64,000 nucleotides of DNA, taken from contig OZ245838.1 in NCBI GenBank assembly GCA_965228735.1, positions 992,001 through 1,056,000 of the forward strand. Reading direction: 5' to 3'. The position numbers and the translations under genes are program-made. This document shows positions 18,913 through 27,717 of the stretch, in pieces. Position 1 is the first letter of the stretch. Each line of letters starts with the position of its first letter. The stretch is from Planctomycetota bacterium (GTDB taxonomy: Bacteria > Planctomycetota > UBA1135 > UBA2386). The notes beneath the pieces were generated by a model. The model made no database searches, was not told where the DNA came from, and saw only the letters and a program-made list of their open reading frames with translations.

Positions 18913-18966
18913 TCGGGTGTTCGGTTTATAGCTCGCGTTCGGTCCGAGTTTCGAGCAACGAATGCG

Positions 18967-20355
18967 CTAACGGATGTCGTACTTGCGCAGCTTGGCGAAC
19001 AACGTGCTGCGGTTGATCTCGAGGAGTCGCGCGGTCTGTTCGCGGTTGCCGTCACAGTGCGCGAGCGCGCGCTCGATGATACGGCGCTCGGGCAACTCGA
19101 GGGCCTGCTTGAGCGGCAGGATCGGGTCGTCACCGACGTCACCAGCAACGTTTCCCGACGGTCCGACCGTCGGCGCAGCGCCGGCGCCCTGTCCGAGATC
19201 CGACGGCAGATCGGGAACGTCGATCTCGCGGCTCTGCGAGAGCACGACGGCGCGCTCGATCATGTTCTCGAGCTGCCGCACGTTCCCGGGCCACGGCGCC
19301 TGGAGCAGCGCCGCGAGGGCGGCCTTCGAGAAGCCCTGCACGGCGCGACCGTGCTCCTCGGCGAAGCGCCGCAGGAAGTGCAACGCGAGATCCTGGATGT
19401 CGTCACGGCGATCGCGCAGCGGCGGCATCTCCACGCTGACGACGTTGATCCGGTAGTAGAGATCCTCGCGAAACTCGCCGTCACGGACCGCCTGTTCGAG
19501 ATCCTTGTTGGTCGCGAGCACGACCCGGACGTCGACGTCGAGCGTGCGGTTGTCCCCGACCCGCTCGACGATCCGGTCCTGCAGGACGCGCAGCAGCTTG
19601 ATCTGGAACGCCGCCGAGCTCGTCCCGATCTCGTCGAGGAAAATGGTGCCGCCGTTCGCCGCCTCGAACTTGCCGACTTTGTCGCTCACGGCGCCCGTGA
19701 ACGCACCCTTCTTGTGGCCGAACAGCTCGGACTCGAGCAGCGTCTCGGGCAGGGCACCGCAGTTGACCTCGACGAACGGGCCGTTGTGGCGGGTGCTCAG
19801 CGAGTGCAGCGCGCGGGCGAGCAGCGTCTTGCCGGTGCCGGACTCGCCCGTGACGAGCACCGTCGTGCGCGTGTCGGCAACCGCCTTGATGGTCTTGAGG
19901 ATGCCCTGCATCCGCTGGCCCGACCCGATGACGTTGTCGAGCCGCACCCGATCGTCGAGGGCGGCCTTGAGCGTCTGGTTCTCGCGCCGGAGCGCGGTCT
20001 TCTCGAGCGCCCGATCGACGGCGACGAGGATCTGATCGGCCGAGAACGGCTTGCCGAGGAAGTCCGCGGCGCCGTGGCGCATGGCCTGGACCGCGTCCTG
20101 CACCGAGCCGAACGCGGACAACAGAACCACGGCGGTGTCGGGGTGCAGCTCGTGGATCGCGTCGAGCAGCTGCAGACCGCCGCCGCCGGGCAGCGCGAGG
20201 TCGCAGAGCACGAGATCGACGTTGCCGTCCGCGATCGGTTGCAGCGCCTCCTGCACGTCGCCCGCGTCGTCGAGGGTGAACCCGCGGTCAGAGAGCAGCT
20301 CGCGCAGGCTCGCCTGGGTCTGGGGATCGGGGTCGGCTAGCAGGACTCGGGGCAC
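18967..20355 (-). CDS. Sigma-54-dependent response regulator (NtrC family: REC-AAA+-Fis HTH)
   Basis: REC DLVLCDLALP, Walker A GESGTGKT, GAFTGA, FLDEIG, FREDLYYRINV, WPGNVRQLEN, C-terminal HTH. Confidence 0.95.
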   Translation of the reverse strand: MPRVLLADPDPQTQASLRELLSDRGFTLDDAGDVQEALQPIADGNVDLVLCDLALPGGGGLQLLDAIHELHPDTAVVLLSAFGSVQDAVQAMRHGAADFLGKPFSADQILVAVDRALEKTALRRENQTLKAALDDRVRLDNVIGSGQRMQGILKTIKAVADTRTTVLVTGESGTGKTLLARALHSLSTRHNGPFVEVNCGALPETLLESELFGHKKGAFTGAVSDKVGKFEAANGGTIFLDEIGTSSAAFQIKLLRVLQDRIVERVGDNRTLDVDVRVVLATNKDLEQAVRDGEFREDLYYRINVVSVEMPPLRDRRDDIQDLALHFLRRFAEEHGRAVQGFSKAALAALLQAPWPGNVRQLENMIERAVVLSQSREIDVPDLPSDLGQGAGAAPTVGPSGNVAGDVGDDPILPLKQALELPERRIIERALAHCDGNREQTARLLEINRSTLFAKLRKYDIR

Positions 20356-20487
20356 GGTAGTCGCGTCTGGGTCGGCGGAATCGGACGGCGTCGGGCGCTG
20401 CCGACGGTGTCCTCATCGGCAGACCGGTGCCTCATCCTTGCAACCGATTTGGAGACATCGGCGCCGGGCGCTCTACCATCCCGTCGA

Positions 20488-21435
20488 ATGGGCCCGACCC
20501 CGGCCAGCCCCGGAGCAGAACCGACCGCCGACGAACGCCTCGCCGAGGTGCTCGGTGAGGTCCGTCGCATCCCGCTGCAGAGCGCCCGGTTCGTGACGGA
20601 CGTGCTCACGGGCGGGTATCGCTCCTCGTTCCGGGGCGTCGGCGTCGAGTTCGAGGAGGTCCGGGAATACAGCGAGGGCGACGACCCGCGGCACGTCGAC
20701 TGGAACGTGACCGCGCGCGCTGGGCGCCCGTTCGTGAAGCGCTTCGTCGAAGAACGCGAGCACACGCTGGTCTTCGCCGTGGACCGTTCGGCCTCGATGC
20801 AGGCCGGGCTCGGGGCCTGGTCGCCGGCGCAGGCCGCGGCCCGGTTTGCGGCGCTCCTCGGGCTGCTCGCGATCCGCAACAACGACGGCGTCGGCTTCGT
20901 CGGTGGCGCGGCCGGCCGCCGCCACTTCGTGCCGCCGCGGAAAGGCGCCGCGCACGTGCTGTCCGTGCTGCGCGACTGCACCGTGGGCGATCCGGCGGCG
21001 GCGCGGGGGGCGCCCGACCTCGGCGGGCTGCTCGCCGAGATCGCCCGCCGCACGCGCCGGCGAACCGTCGTGTTCCTGCTGTCCGACTTCCTCAGTCTCG
21101 ACTACCGGAAAGAACTGCGGTTCTGCGCGCGGCGCCACGACGTCGTCGCCGTGCGGTTCCTCGCGCCCGAGCTCGTCGACCCGCCGGCCGCCGTCGTGCG
21201 GGCGCAGGATCCCGTGAGCGGTCGCCATCTCACGATCGACTTCGCCGACCGGCGCATGCGCGCGGACTGGCTCGAGCGGTGCGCGCTCGTCCGGGCGCGG
21301 GTGGACGAGGAGCTCGAGGACGATCGCGTCGACCGCGTCGACGTCGAGATTCCGCGGGTGCCCGACATCGATGCGATCGCCGGGCCGCTGCAGGAGTTCT
21401 TCCGGCGGCGGCTGCGGCGGGAGGCGTATCGGTGA
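20488..21435 (+). CDS. DUF58 family protein (MoxR/VWA-associated)
   Basis: GVEFEEVREYSEGDDPRHVDWNVTAR, VDRSASM, LLSDF; ATG 20488 preceded by TACCAT. Confidence 0.9.
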   Translation: MGPTPASPGAEPTADERLAEVLGEVRRIPLQSARFVTDVLTGGYRSSFRGVGVEFEEVREYSEGDDPRHVDWNVTARAGRPFVKRFVEEREHTLVFAVDRSASMQAGLGAWSPAQAAARFAALLGLLAIRNNDGVGFVGGAAGRRHFVPPRKGAAHVLSVLRDCTVGDPAAARGAPDLGGLLAEIARRTRRRTVVFLLSDFLSLDYRKELRFCARRHDVVAVRFLAPELVDPPAAVVRAQDPVSGRHLTIDFADRRMRADWLERCALVRARVDEELEDDRVDRVDVEIPRVPDIDAIAGPLQEFFRRRLRREAYR

Positions 21436-22385
21436 CGCGCGCCGCCGTGTTGCTGCTCAGCACGACGCTCGGCATCCTGCCGGCGCAGGACGGGCCGACC
21501 GCGGTCGCGGCTCCCGCGGCGCCTGTGGTGTCGGACGAGCTTCGCGTCACGGTCACCGCGCCCGTGGTCGTCGACTTCGGCACCGACTTCGAGCTCGTGA
21601 TCGAACGGTCGTGGCCACGGTCGCACCGCCCGCAGCCGTTCGATCCGTTGCGTCTGCTGCCGCTGTCGACGGCCGAGCTCGAGACGCGGGTCTCGCCGGC
21701 CGGCGATCGGCTCGTCGAACTGCGGCGGTATCGCGCCGCGATGTGGCGCGTCGGCGAGTTCGAGCTCGGACCGTTCGACCTGCGCACCAAGGCCGCGGAC
21801 GGGCAGCTGTGGCGGAGCGGGAGTGCGCCGATTCGGCTGACCGTGCGTTCCGTGTTGCCCGAACCGGCCGGACCGATCGAGTGGCCCGGTGACGTGCGCG
21901 ATCGCGCGCGGGCCGCGACCTGGCCGTGGTGGGTCGGCTTGGCGTTTCTCGCCGTGACCGTCGGTATCGGTTACCGCCGGTGGCGTCGATCGCGGCCGAT
22001 GCCCGTGCCCGAGGCGCCACCGGCCCCGTCGCCGACCGAGCTCGCGCACGCCGAACTCAGAGCGCTGGAGGCCCCCGCGGAAGAAGCCGATGCGGCTGCG
22101 GTCGAACGGTTCTACATCGCGCTCGCCGAGATCGTCCGCCGATACGCGACGCGCGCGTTCGGCGTCGACGCGGTCGTGCACACCACGCCCGAGCTCGTCG
22201 CGGTCGTGCCGCGCGGCGGCGACCCGCTGCGTGAGTGCCTGTTCGCGTGCGACCTCGTCAAGTTCGCCGCGGATCGCCCGGTGGCTGCCGCGCACGAGAA
22301 GGCCAGGGCACGAGCGCGGTCGTTCGTCGACGCCGACGGGGCGCCGCGAGCCAACGCCGAATCGCCGGTCGGAGCCGCGTCATGA
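21432..22385 (+). CDS. Bat-operon membrane protein (signal peptide, Ig-like domain, TM, helical tail)
   Basis: GTGA coupling; signal peptide ending PAQ; TM WPWWVGLAFLAV; FYIALAEIVRRY...TTPEL...DLVKFA typical of the gene between DUF58 and batA. Confidence 0.75.
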   Translation: MTRAAVLLLSTTLGILPAQDGPTAVAAPAAPVVSDELRVTVTAPVVVDFGTDFELVIERSWPRSHRPQPFDPLRLLPLSTAELETRVSPAGDRLVELRRYRAAMWRVGEFELGPFDLRTKAADGQLWRSGSAPIRLTVRSVLPEPAGPIEWPGDVRDRARAATWPWWVGLAFLAVTVGIGYRRWRRSRPMPVPEAPPAPSPTELAHAELRALEAPAEEADAAAVERFYIALAEIVRRYATRAFGVDAVVHTTPELVAVVPRGGDPLRECLFACDLVKFAADRPVAAAHEKARARARSFVDADGAPRANAESPVGAAS

Positions 22386-23410
22386 TCGGCTTGCACGAGT
22401 TCGGCTTCGCGCTCCGCGACCCGCTGTGGCTGTGGCTGCTGCCCGTAGTGCTGCTGATCGTCGTCGCACGGGCGCGGCGACGACCACGTCTGCCGATTGC
22501 CGGCATAGCGCTCGCGCTGCCGACCAGCGGCCTGGCGCAGCAGCTCGATCTGCCGCCGCTGCCGCGTTCCCTCCGGCAACGCGCGCTCGCTCTCCTGCCA
22601 ATCGTCGAAGCCCTGGGACTCCTCGCCGTGATCGTCGCCCTCGCGCGGCCGATCGAACGCGTGCCGCTGCCGCCCGAACGGGAAGGCGCCGACGTGCTGC
22701 TCTGCCTCGACGTCAGCTCCTCGATGCTGTCGACGGACCTCGGCCGCGCGGCCACGACGCGCCTCGACGTCGTGCGCGACGCCGCGGCCGACTTCGCGCG
22801 CATGCGCCCCGACGATCGGGTCGGCCTCGTCCGGTTTGCGCGCTACGCGGATCTGCTGTGTCCGCCGACGCTCGATCACGAGGCGGTCGCCGAACTGCTG
22901 GGTCGGGTCGAACCCGTCGCGTCCGAGGGGCCGGAGGATGCCACCGGCATCGGCACGGCGCTGTCGTTCTGCGTCGAGACGCTCGAACGGGCGGCGACGA
23001 CGGGTCGCGTCGTCGTGCTGCTCACGGACGGTGAGGAGAACGTCGCGACGCGCGCGACGCCGCACGAGATTCCGCCCGTCCACGCCGCGCAGCTCGCAGC
23101 GCAGCGCGGCGTGCGCGTGCACACGATCGTGGCGGGCACCGGCAAGCCCGGGCGTGACGGCGCGATCGTGCCGCTCGACACGACGGACGTGCAGCAGGTC
23201 GCGGCGCTGACGGGCGGGAGGTTTTTTCGCGCGCGCGACGCCGAGAGCCTGCAGCGGATCTACCGCGAGATCGACACGATCGAGAAGACGCGCTTTGCGG
23301 AGCCCAGGGTTCTCGTGCGCGAGTGGTTCGGGTTGCTCGCTGCGCTGGGTGCGGTGTTCGTGATGCTGGCGGGCTACGGGCGAACGCTCGGGCCGGGGGA
23401 GCTGCCGTGA
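22382..23410 (+). CDS. batA: BatA-like VWA domain protein
   Basis: N-terminal TM, ALARP, MIDAS DVSSSM, TGIG, LLTDGEEN, TGGRFFRA. Confidence 0.85.
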   Translation: MIGLHEFGFALRDPLWLWLLPVVLLIVVARARRRPRLPIAGIALALPTSGLAQQLDLPPLPRSLRQRALALLPIVEALGLLAVIVALARPIERVPLPPEREGADVLLCLDVSSSMLSTDLGRAATTRLDVVRDAAADFARMRPDDRVGLVRFARYADLLCPPTLDHEAVAELLGRVEPVASEGPEDATGIGTALSFCVETLERAATTGRVVVLLTDGEENVATRATPHEIPPVHAAQLAAQRGVRVHTIVAGTGKPGRDGAIVPLDTTDVQQVAALTGGRFFRARDAESLQRIYREIDTIEKTRFAEPRVLVREWFGLLAALGAVFVMLAGYGRTLGPGELP

Positions 23411-24405
23411 TCGCCTGGTCGTTCGCCGTGCCGGTGTGGTGGCCATGGCTGCTCGTGCTGCCGGTATGCGTCGGTATTGCGTGGCGGCGCGTGCGCGGTC
23501 GCGCCGAACGCGCGAACGCGTTGCTCGGACCGCGCGAACGCCGGCTGGCCGGCGGACGCCGAACGACGGTGGCCCGCTTCCTCGTGGCGAGCCTCGCCGC
23601 TGCTGCGCTTGCGTTGGCGTGGTTGCGCCCGGTCGGCGACGAACGGGTCGGCGAGGCCGCCGGGCCCGAGTTCGTGATCGCACTCGACGTGTCGTGGTCG
23701 ATGGCGGCGCAGGACGTGCGGCCGGCGCGCCTGTCGCGGGCCGTCGCGGACCTGCTCGATCTCGCGGACAACGCGCCCGGAGCGCGCGGCGGTCTCGTCG
23801 CGTTCGCCGGGCAGGCGCGATTGCTCGTGCCGCTGACCGGCGACCTCACCGCGCTGCATCAACGGGCCGAACGCCTCGAACCCGGCGCCGAGCTCGCGGG
23901 CGGCACCGACCTCGGCGCCGCCATCGACGCCGGCGTTGCGGCGCTGCAACGCGCCGGCAGCGCGCACGGCAGCGTTGTCGTGCTCACGGACGGCGAGGAC
24001 TTCGCGGGCACGGGGCGCGCGGCGGCCGAGCGCGCGCAGGCGGCCGGGATCGTCGTGCACTGCCTCGGCTACGGCACCGAGATCGGCAGCAAGATCGCGG
24101 TCGATGACGGCGCGGGCAGTCAGTCCTACCTGCAGGACAGCGCCGGGGTGGACGTCATCAGCGCGCTCGATCCCGCGACCCTCGAGCTGCTCGCCGAAGC
24201 CGGTGGTGGCACTTTTGCGCTGGCCGGCGGCGACGCGAACGCGCTCACGGATCTCTACGCCGGAGCCCTCGTCCCACGCGCGCGCACGGCGGACCTGCGG
24301 ACGGCGGCCGCCGAGGGCCAGCTCGTGCAGCGATTCCAGTGGCCGTTGCTCCTCGCCGTGGTGTTGTGGATGCTGCGTCTGCTGATGCCGGAGCGCCGCC
24401 GATGA
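23407..24405 (+). CDS. batB: BatB-like VWA domain protein
   Basis: DVSWSMAAQDVRPARL, FAGQA..LVPLTGD, GTDLG, VLTDGED, C-terminal FQWPL + TM. Confidence 0.82.
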   Translation: MIAWSFAVPVWWPWLLVLPVCVGIAWRRVRGRAERANALLGPRERRLAGGRRTTVARFLVASLAAAALALAWLRPVGDERVGEAAGPEFVIALDVSWSMAAQDVRPARLSRAVADLLDLADNAPGARGGLVAFAGQARLLVPLTGDLTALHQRAERLEPGAELAGGTDLGAAIDAGVAALQRAGSAHGSVVVLTDGEDFAGTGRAAAERAQAAGIVVHCLGYGTEIGSKIAVDDGAGSQSYLQDSAGVDVISALDPATLELLAEAGGGTFALAGGDANALTDLYAGALVPRARTADLRTAAAEGQLVQRFQWPLLLAVVLWMLRLLMPERRR

Positions 24406-25199
24406 ACCGTTGGATCGACCGACCCAGGCGCCTGGCCGCCTTGCCGTTCGTAGCGGCCGTGCTCGGCCTGAGCGCGTTGCCCGGGGGGCGACCCGGTGCC
24501 CAGGATCCAGCGCCGCTGATTGCCGGCGCGTTCGAGTCCGCGGTCGCGGCCTACCGGGCGGGTGATCATGCGACGGCACTCGCCGGCTTCCGCGCGCTCG
24601 CCGAGAGCAGCGGCGATTCGGCGAGCGCCGAGCTGCTGCACAACTATGCGCTCGCGGCGCTGCGGGAGCGGCGCCCGTCCGAGGCGGAGCCGGCCGCGCG
24701 TCGCCTGCGTGAACTCGATCCCGAGTCGCACGGCGCGACCGCTGCGTTCTTGCTCGGCCAGGCCGCGTTCGAACGCGCGAACCTCGCGGAGCTCGCGGCG
24801 AGCCTGCCCGACGCCGAACCCGGCGCATGGCAGAACGGCGTCGACCAGGCGGCGGCGGCGCTGCAGCACTTCCAGGCCGCGGTGCGACTCGCCGGCAGCG
24901 CTGGCTGGCCCGAGGCACTGCGCAACGCCGAGCGCGCGAGCCGCAAGTTGATCGACCTGCGGCAGAAGCGGGACAACGCCGAGCAGCAGAGCAAGACGGA
25001 GAAGGCGCCCGAGCCGGAGCAACCGGAGCCGCAGCCCGATGCACCACCGGAGGAGCTGCCGCCCGAGGTCGTCCGCGTGCCGTTGAGTCCCGCCGAGGTC
25101 GCGCAGGTCCTGGAGCGACTCCGCGAACAGGAGCGCGAGAAGCGCCGGCTGCGCCGCGTCGAGAACCGTTCGAACCGGGTCGGGGAGCGTGACTGGTGA
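24402..25199 (+). CDS. BatC-like TPR protein
   Basis: Signal peptide, TPR-like helices (AYRAGD, LHNYALAAL), EQP-rich linker, C-terminal ...ERDW typical of BatC-like proteins. Confidence 0.75.
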   Translation: MNRWIDRPRRLAALPFVAAVLGLSALPGGRPGAQDPAPLIAGAFESAVAAYRAGDHATALAGFRALAESSGDSASAELLHNYALAALRERRPSEAEPAARRLRELDPESHGATAAFLLGQAAFERANLAELAASLPDAEPGAWQNGVDQAAAALQHFQAAVRLAGSAGWPEALRNAERASRKLIDLRQKRDNAEQQSKTEKAPEPEQPEPQPDAPPEELPPEVVRVPLSPAEVAQVLERLREQEREKRRLRRVENRSNRVGERDW

Positions 25200-26359
25200 G
25201 TCGTTCGTCTCGTGCTCCAGGTATCAGTTCGGTCATCCTCGCGGTGCTCGCGTCGGGCGCGTTCGTGTCGGCCCAGGCCGACGGCGACAACGCGATGCAG
25301 GACCGTGTGCGCGTGGCCGTCGAAACCGCGGGTCGCGCGATCGTCGGGCAGCCCCTGACGGTGACGGTGCGCTTCGAACTCGAGCAGCAGTTCTTGCGCG
25401 AGCACGCGGTCGACCTGCTGCAACGGCCGGTCGACCTGCCCGTCCAGCTCGTGCTGCCGTGGGCCGTCGATCCGGACCCGGAGCGCGTTCGCGTGATGAT
25501 CGGCACCGTCGACCCGAAGCCGGGGGAGCGCGCGCCGACGGTCGCCGTCGCGAACGAGATCGTGCGGGCGCGAACGCTCGCACCGGTCGAGCGCGACGGG
25601 CGCACGTTCGAAGCCTTCGCGGTGCCGGTGCGCTGGACCGGCCTCGCGGCCGGTGACTTCGAGTGCGCGGGCACGGCGCTGCGTTACGCGTTCACGACCC
25701 GCTTCGAGGAGACGCTGCTCAGCGGCCGCCAGCCGGTCGATCGAATCGAGGGCACGGCCACGGCACCCCCGTTCACGTTGACGTCGGCGCCGTTGCCAAC
25801 GGGCGCGCCGGCCGGCTTCACGGGTGCCGTCGGGCAGTTCACGGTGCGGGTCATCGCCGAGCCGACGCGCGTGGAGCTCGGCGACAACTTCGAGCTCGCG
25901 CTCGCGGTGAGCGGTGACGGCAACCTGACGGAGTTCGAGGCCCCGGACCGACCGGAGCTCCGCGGCTTCGCGGTGCAGGGGCTCGTCGAGCGGTCCGCCG
26001 ACGGCGAGCGCGTCTTCGCGTTCGACGTCTTGGCGCTGCGTGAAGGCGCGGCCCAACTGAGCCTGCCGTTCGTGTTCTTCGACCCGGCGGCGGGGGCGTA
26101 CCGAACGCTGCGCAGCGAAACTGTTGCGGTGTCGGTCGAACCGCGCGCGGCGGATCGCCCGCTGCCGGAGCGAGTGGCAAAGCTCATTGCGAGATCGGGA
26201 ACGACCGGCGCTGACTCCGGGAGCGAGTCCGCGACCGCCATGCTCATGGCCGTGGGCCTTGGTGTGACACTCATCGGTGTTCTGGGCGCGTCGGTCATCC
26301 TGCGCCGTCGTCGGTCGGTCAGAGGTGACGGCGAACCGACGGCGTCTGGCCCGCGCTGA
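25196..26359 (+). CDS. BatD-like protein
   Basis: Signal peptide, PAGFTGAVGQF, GDGNL, FFDPAAGAYRTL, C-terminal TM + RRRR. Confidence 0.8.
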   Translation: MSRSSRAPGISSVILAVLASGAFVSAQADGDNAMQDRVRVAVETAGRAIVGQPLTVTVRFELEQQFLREHAVDLLQRPVDLPVQLVLPWAVDPDPERVRVMIGTVDPKPGERAPTVAVANEIVRARTLAPVERDGRTFEAFAVPVRWTGLAAGDFECAGTALRYAFTTRFEETLLSGRQPVDRIEGTATAPPFTLTSAPLPTGAPAGFTGAVGQFTVRVIAEPTRVELGDNFELALAVSGDGNLTEFEAPDRPELRGFAVQGLVERSADGERVFAFDVLALREGAAQLSLPFVFFDPAAGAYRTLRSETVAVSVEPRAADRPLPERVAKLIARSGTTGADSGSESATAMLMAVGLGVTLIGVLGASVILRRRRSVRGDGEPTASGPR

Positions 26360-26438
26360 GTGTCAGCGCGACCGCCCCCGTCAAACTTCGGCGCGGACGG
26401 GGTTACCGGGCAGCGTGCCCCTGCTAGCTCGGAACACC

Positions 26439-27620
26439 ATGCAACTGCTCACCGGCGGGTGTCTCCTCGTCTCCCTCGGCCTGACTGCCCCGATCGCGAC
26501 CGCGCAGGTCCTCACGGTCGATCCGGGCGGCGCCGCGCAATACACCGACCTGCAGACGGCGATCGACGCCGCGCCTGGCGGCGCCGTGATCCTCGTGAAC
26601 GGCGGCGTCTGGCAGACCTTGGCGATTTCGCGGTCTCTCACGATCGTCGGGACGACGGAGATCGAGGTTCGACCCGACGAGGGGTTCAGCACGGGGCAGC
26701 AGCCACCGGCGATCGAACTCCAGGGCAGCGGGTCCGAGCAGTTCACGCTCGTGAACGCGACGGTCCAGGGGAACGTGCCGTCGCCCTCCTACAACTTCGC
26801 CGCACCCGGCATCGAGAGCAGCGGCTTTGCGCAGATCCGCGTGTTCGATGCGCGGATTGCGGGCAGCCGTTGGACGGCGCCGACGGGCCGCGCGCTCGGC
26901 GTGCCCGGGATCCGCGCCGCCGGTGCGGTGCTCGTCCACGTCGAGCGTGCCGTGATCGAGGCGTCGACGACGTTCGGCGACGACTCGATGGCGCTCGCGC
27001 CGAACGGGGCGGCGGGGATCGAAGCTCCGGGCGCGACCGTCGCGGTGATGCAGTCGCGCGTGCTCGGCGGCGATGTCTGGCAGCCGGACCTGGTGATCAA
27101 TCCCGGTCCGGCGCCGTGCCCGTGCCCGGCGGGGCCGAATGGCGCCGCGCTCGCGGGCGACGGTGTGCTCGCGGGCACGCTCTACGATTCCGGTAGCTTG
27201 ATCGAGGGCGGCGCGCCGACCGCCATCACCGTGCTGGGCCAGCCCTACGGGCAGCAGCCGGGCGGGGTCGCGACCTCCGCGAGCTCCACGATCGCACTGC
27301 CGTTCGTGATGACGCTCGGCGTGCCGCTGCGCCTCGGCGCGACGGGCTTCGTGCTCATGGCGCCGCCGCAGGGGCCCTCGGTGCTCGTGGTCGGTCTGCC
27401 GGAGTCGACGCCGATCAACACGCCGATCGTGAGCTACGTGTTCGTCGACCTGCTGCCGCCCGCCGTGACGCGGTTGATCGGCCCGACGACGACGCTGCAC
27501 GCGACGAGCGTGCCGTTCAACTTCAACTTCGCCGGGTTCGAGCTGGCCTACCAGCGCTTCGATCTGGTGAACGGCAGCGTCGTGGCGAGCAACCCGGTGC
27601 ACGCGGTCGTGCGGCGCTGA
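26439..27620 (+). CDS. Secreted protein, beta-helix-like N-terminus plus shared C-terminal domain
   Basis: Signal peptide ending ATAQ; VDPGG..YTDLQTAIDAAPGGAVILVNGG (start of pectin-lyase-like folds); Gly-rich middle; tail GFELAYQ...ASNPVHAVVRR. Confidence 0.75.
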   Translation: MQLLTGGCLLVSLGLTAPIATAQVLTVDPGGAAQYTDLQTAIDAAPGGAVILVNGGVWQTLAISRSLTIVGTTEIEVRPDEGFSTGQQPPAIELQGSGSEQFTLVNATVQGNVPSPSYNFAAPGIESSGFAQIRVFDARIAGSRWTAPTGRALGVPGIRAAGAVLVHVERAVIEASTTFGDDSMALAPNGAAGIEAPGATVAVMQSRVLGGDVWQPDLVINPGPAPCPCPAGPNGAALAGDGVLAGTLYDSGSLIEGGAPTAITVLGQPYGQQPGGVATSASSTIALPFVMTLGVPLRLGATGFVLMAPPQGPSVLVVGLPESTPINTPIVSYVFVDLLPPAVTRLIGPTTTLHATSVPFNFNFAGFELAYQRFDLVNGSVVASNPVHAVVRR

Positions 27621-27637
27621 GGCCGCCCGGCCTGGGT

Positions 27638-27666
27638 GCGGCGGGGCAGCGATCGTGACCCGCCGC
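27638..27666 (+). terminator. GC-rich hairpin between the two paralogous secreted-protein genes
   Basis: GCGGCGGG...CCCGCCGC 8-bp stem, no U-tract. Confidence 0.35.
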
Positions 27667-27717
27667 CGGCGCAACGCACTACGCTATGGCCTGAACCGAA
27701 CCCTCTGCGAGGTCGTC

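Noticed and set aside
15226..20340. 1704-aa plus-strand ORF and other long antisense or alternate-frame ORFs (e.g. 41425-44916, 45000-48035, 57688-60438, 4082-5863)
   Set aside because: Shadow frames of real high-GC genes; Arg/Ala/Gly-rich with no motifs, while the opposite strand has clear family signatures.
20418..20432. Sigma-54-like GGCAC...TGC upstream of the response regulator (minus strand)
   Set aside because: GG-to-GC spacing is 9 nt rather than the required 10.
26220..26359. BatD-like C-terminal TM + RRRR as an exosortase (PEP-CTERM-like) target
   Set aside because: No PEP-like motif before the helix and the tail continues beyond the basic cluster; this is normal BatD topology.
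27636..27661. Weak resemblance to the tRNA-Leu 3' end (possible att site)
   Set aside because: Many mismatches; better explained as a local GC-rich hairpin.
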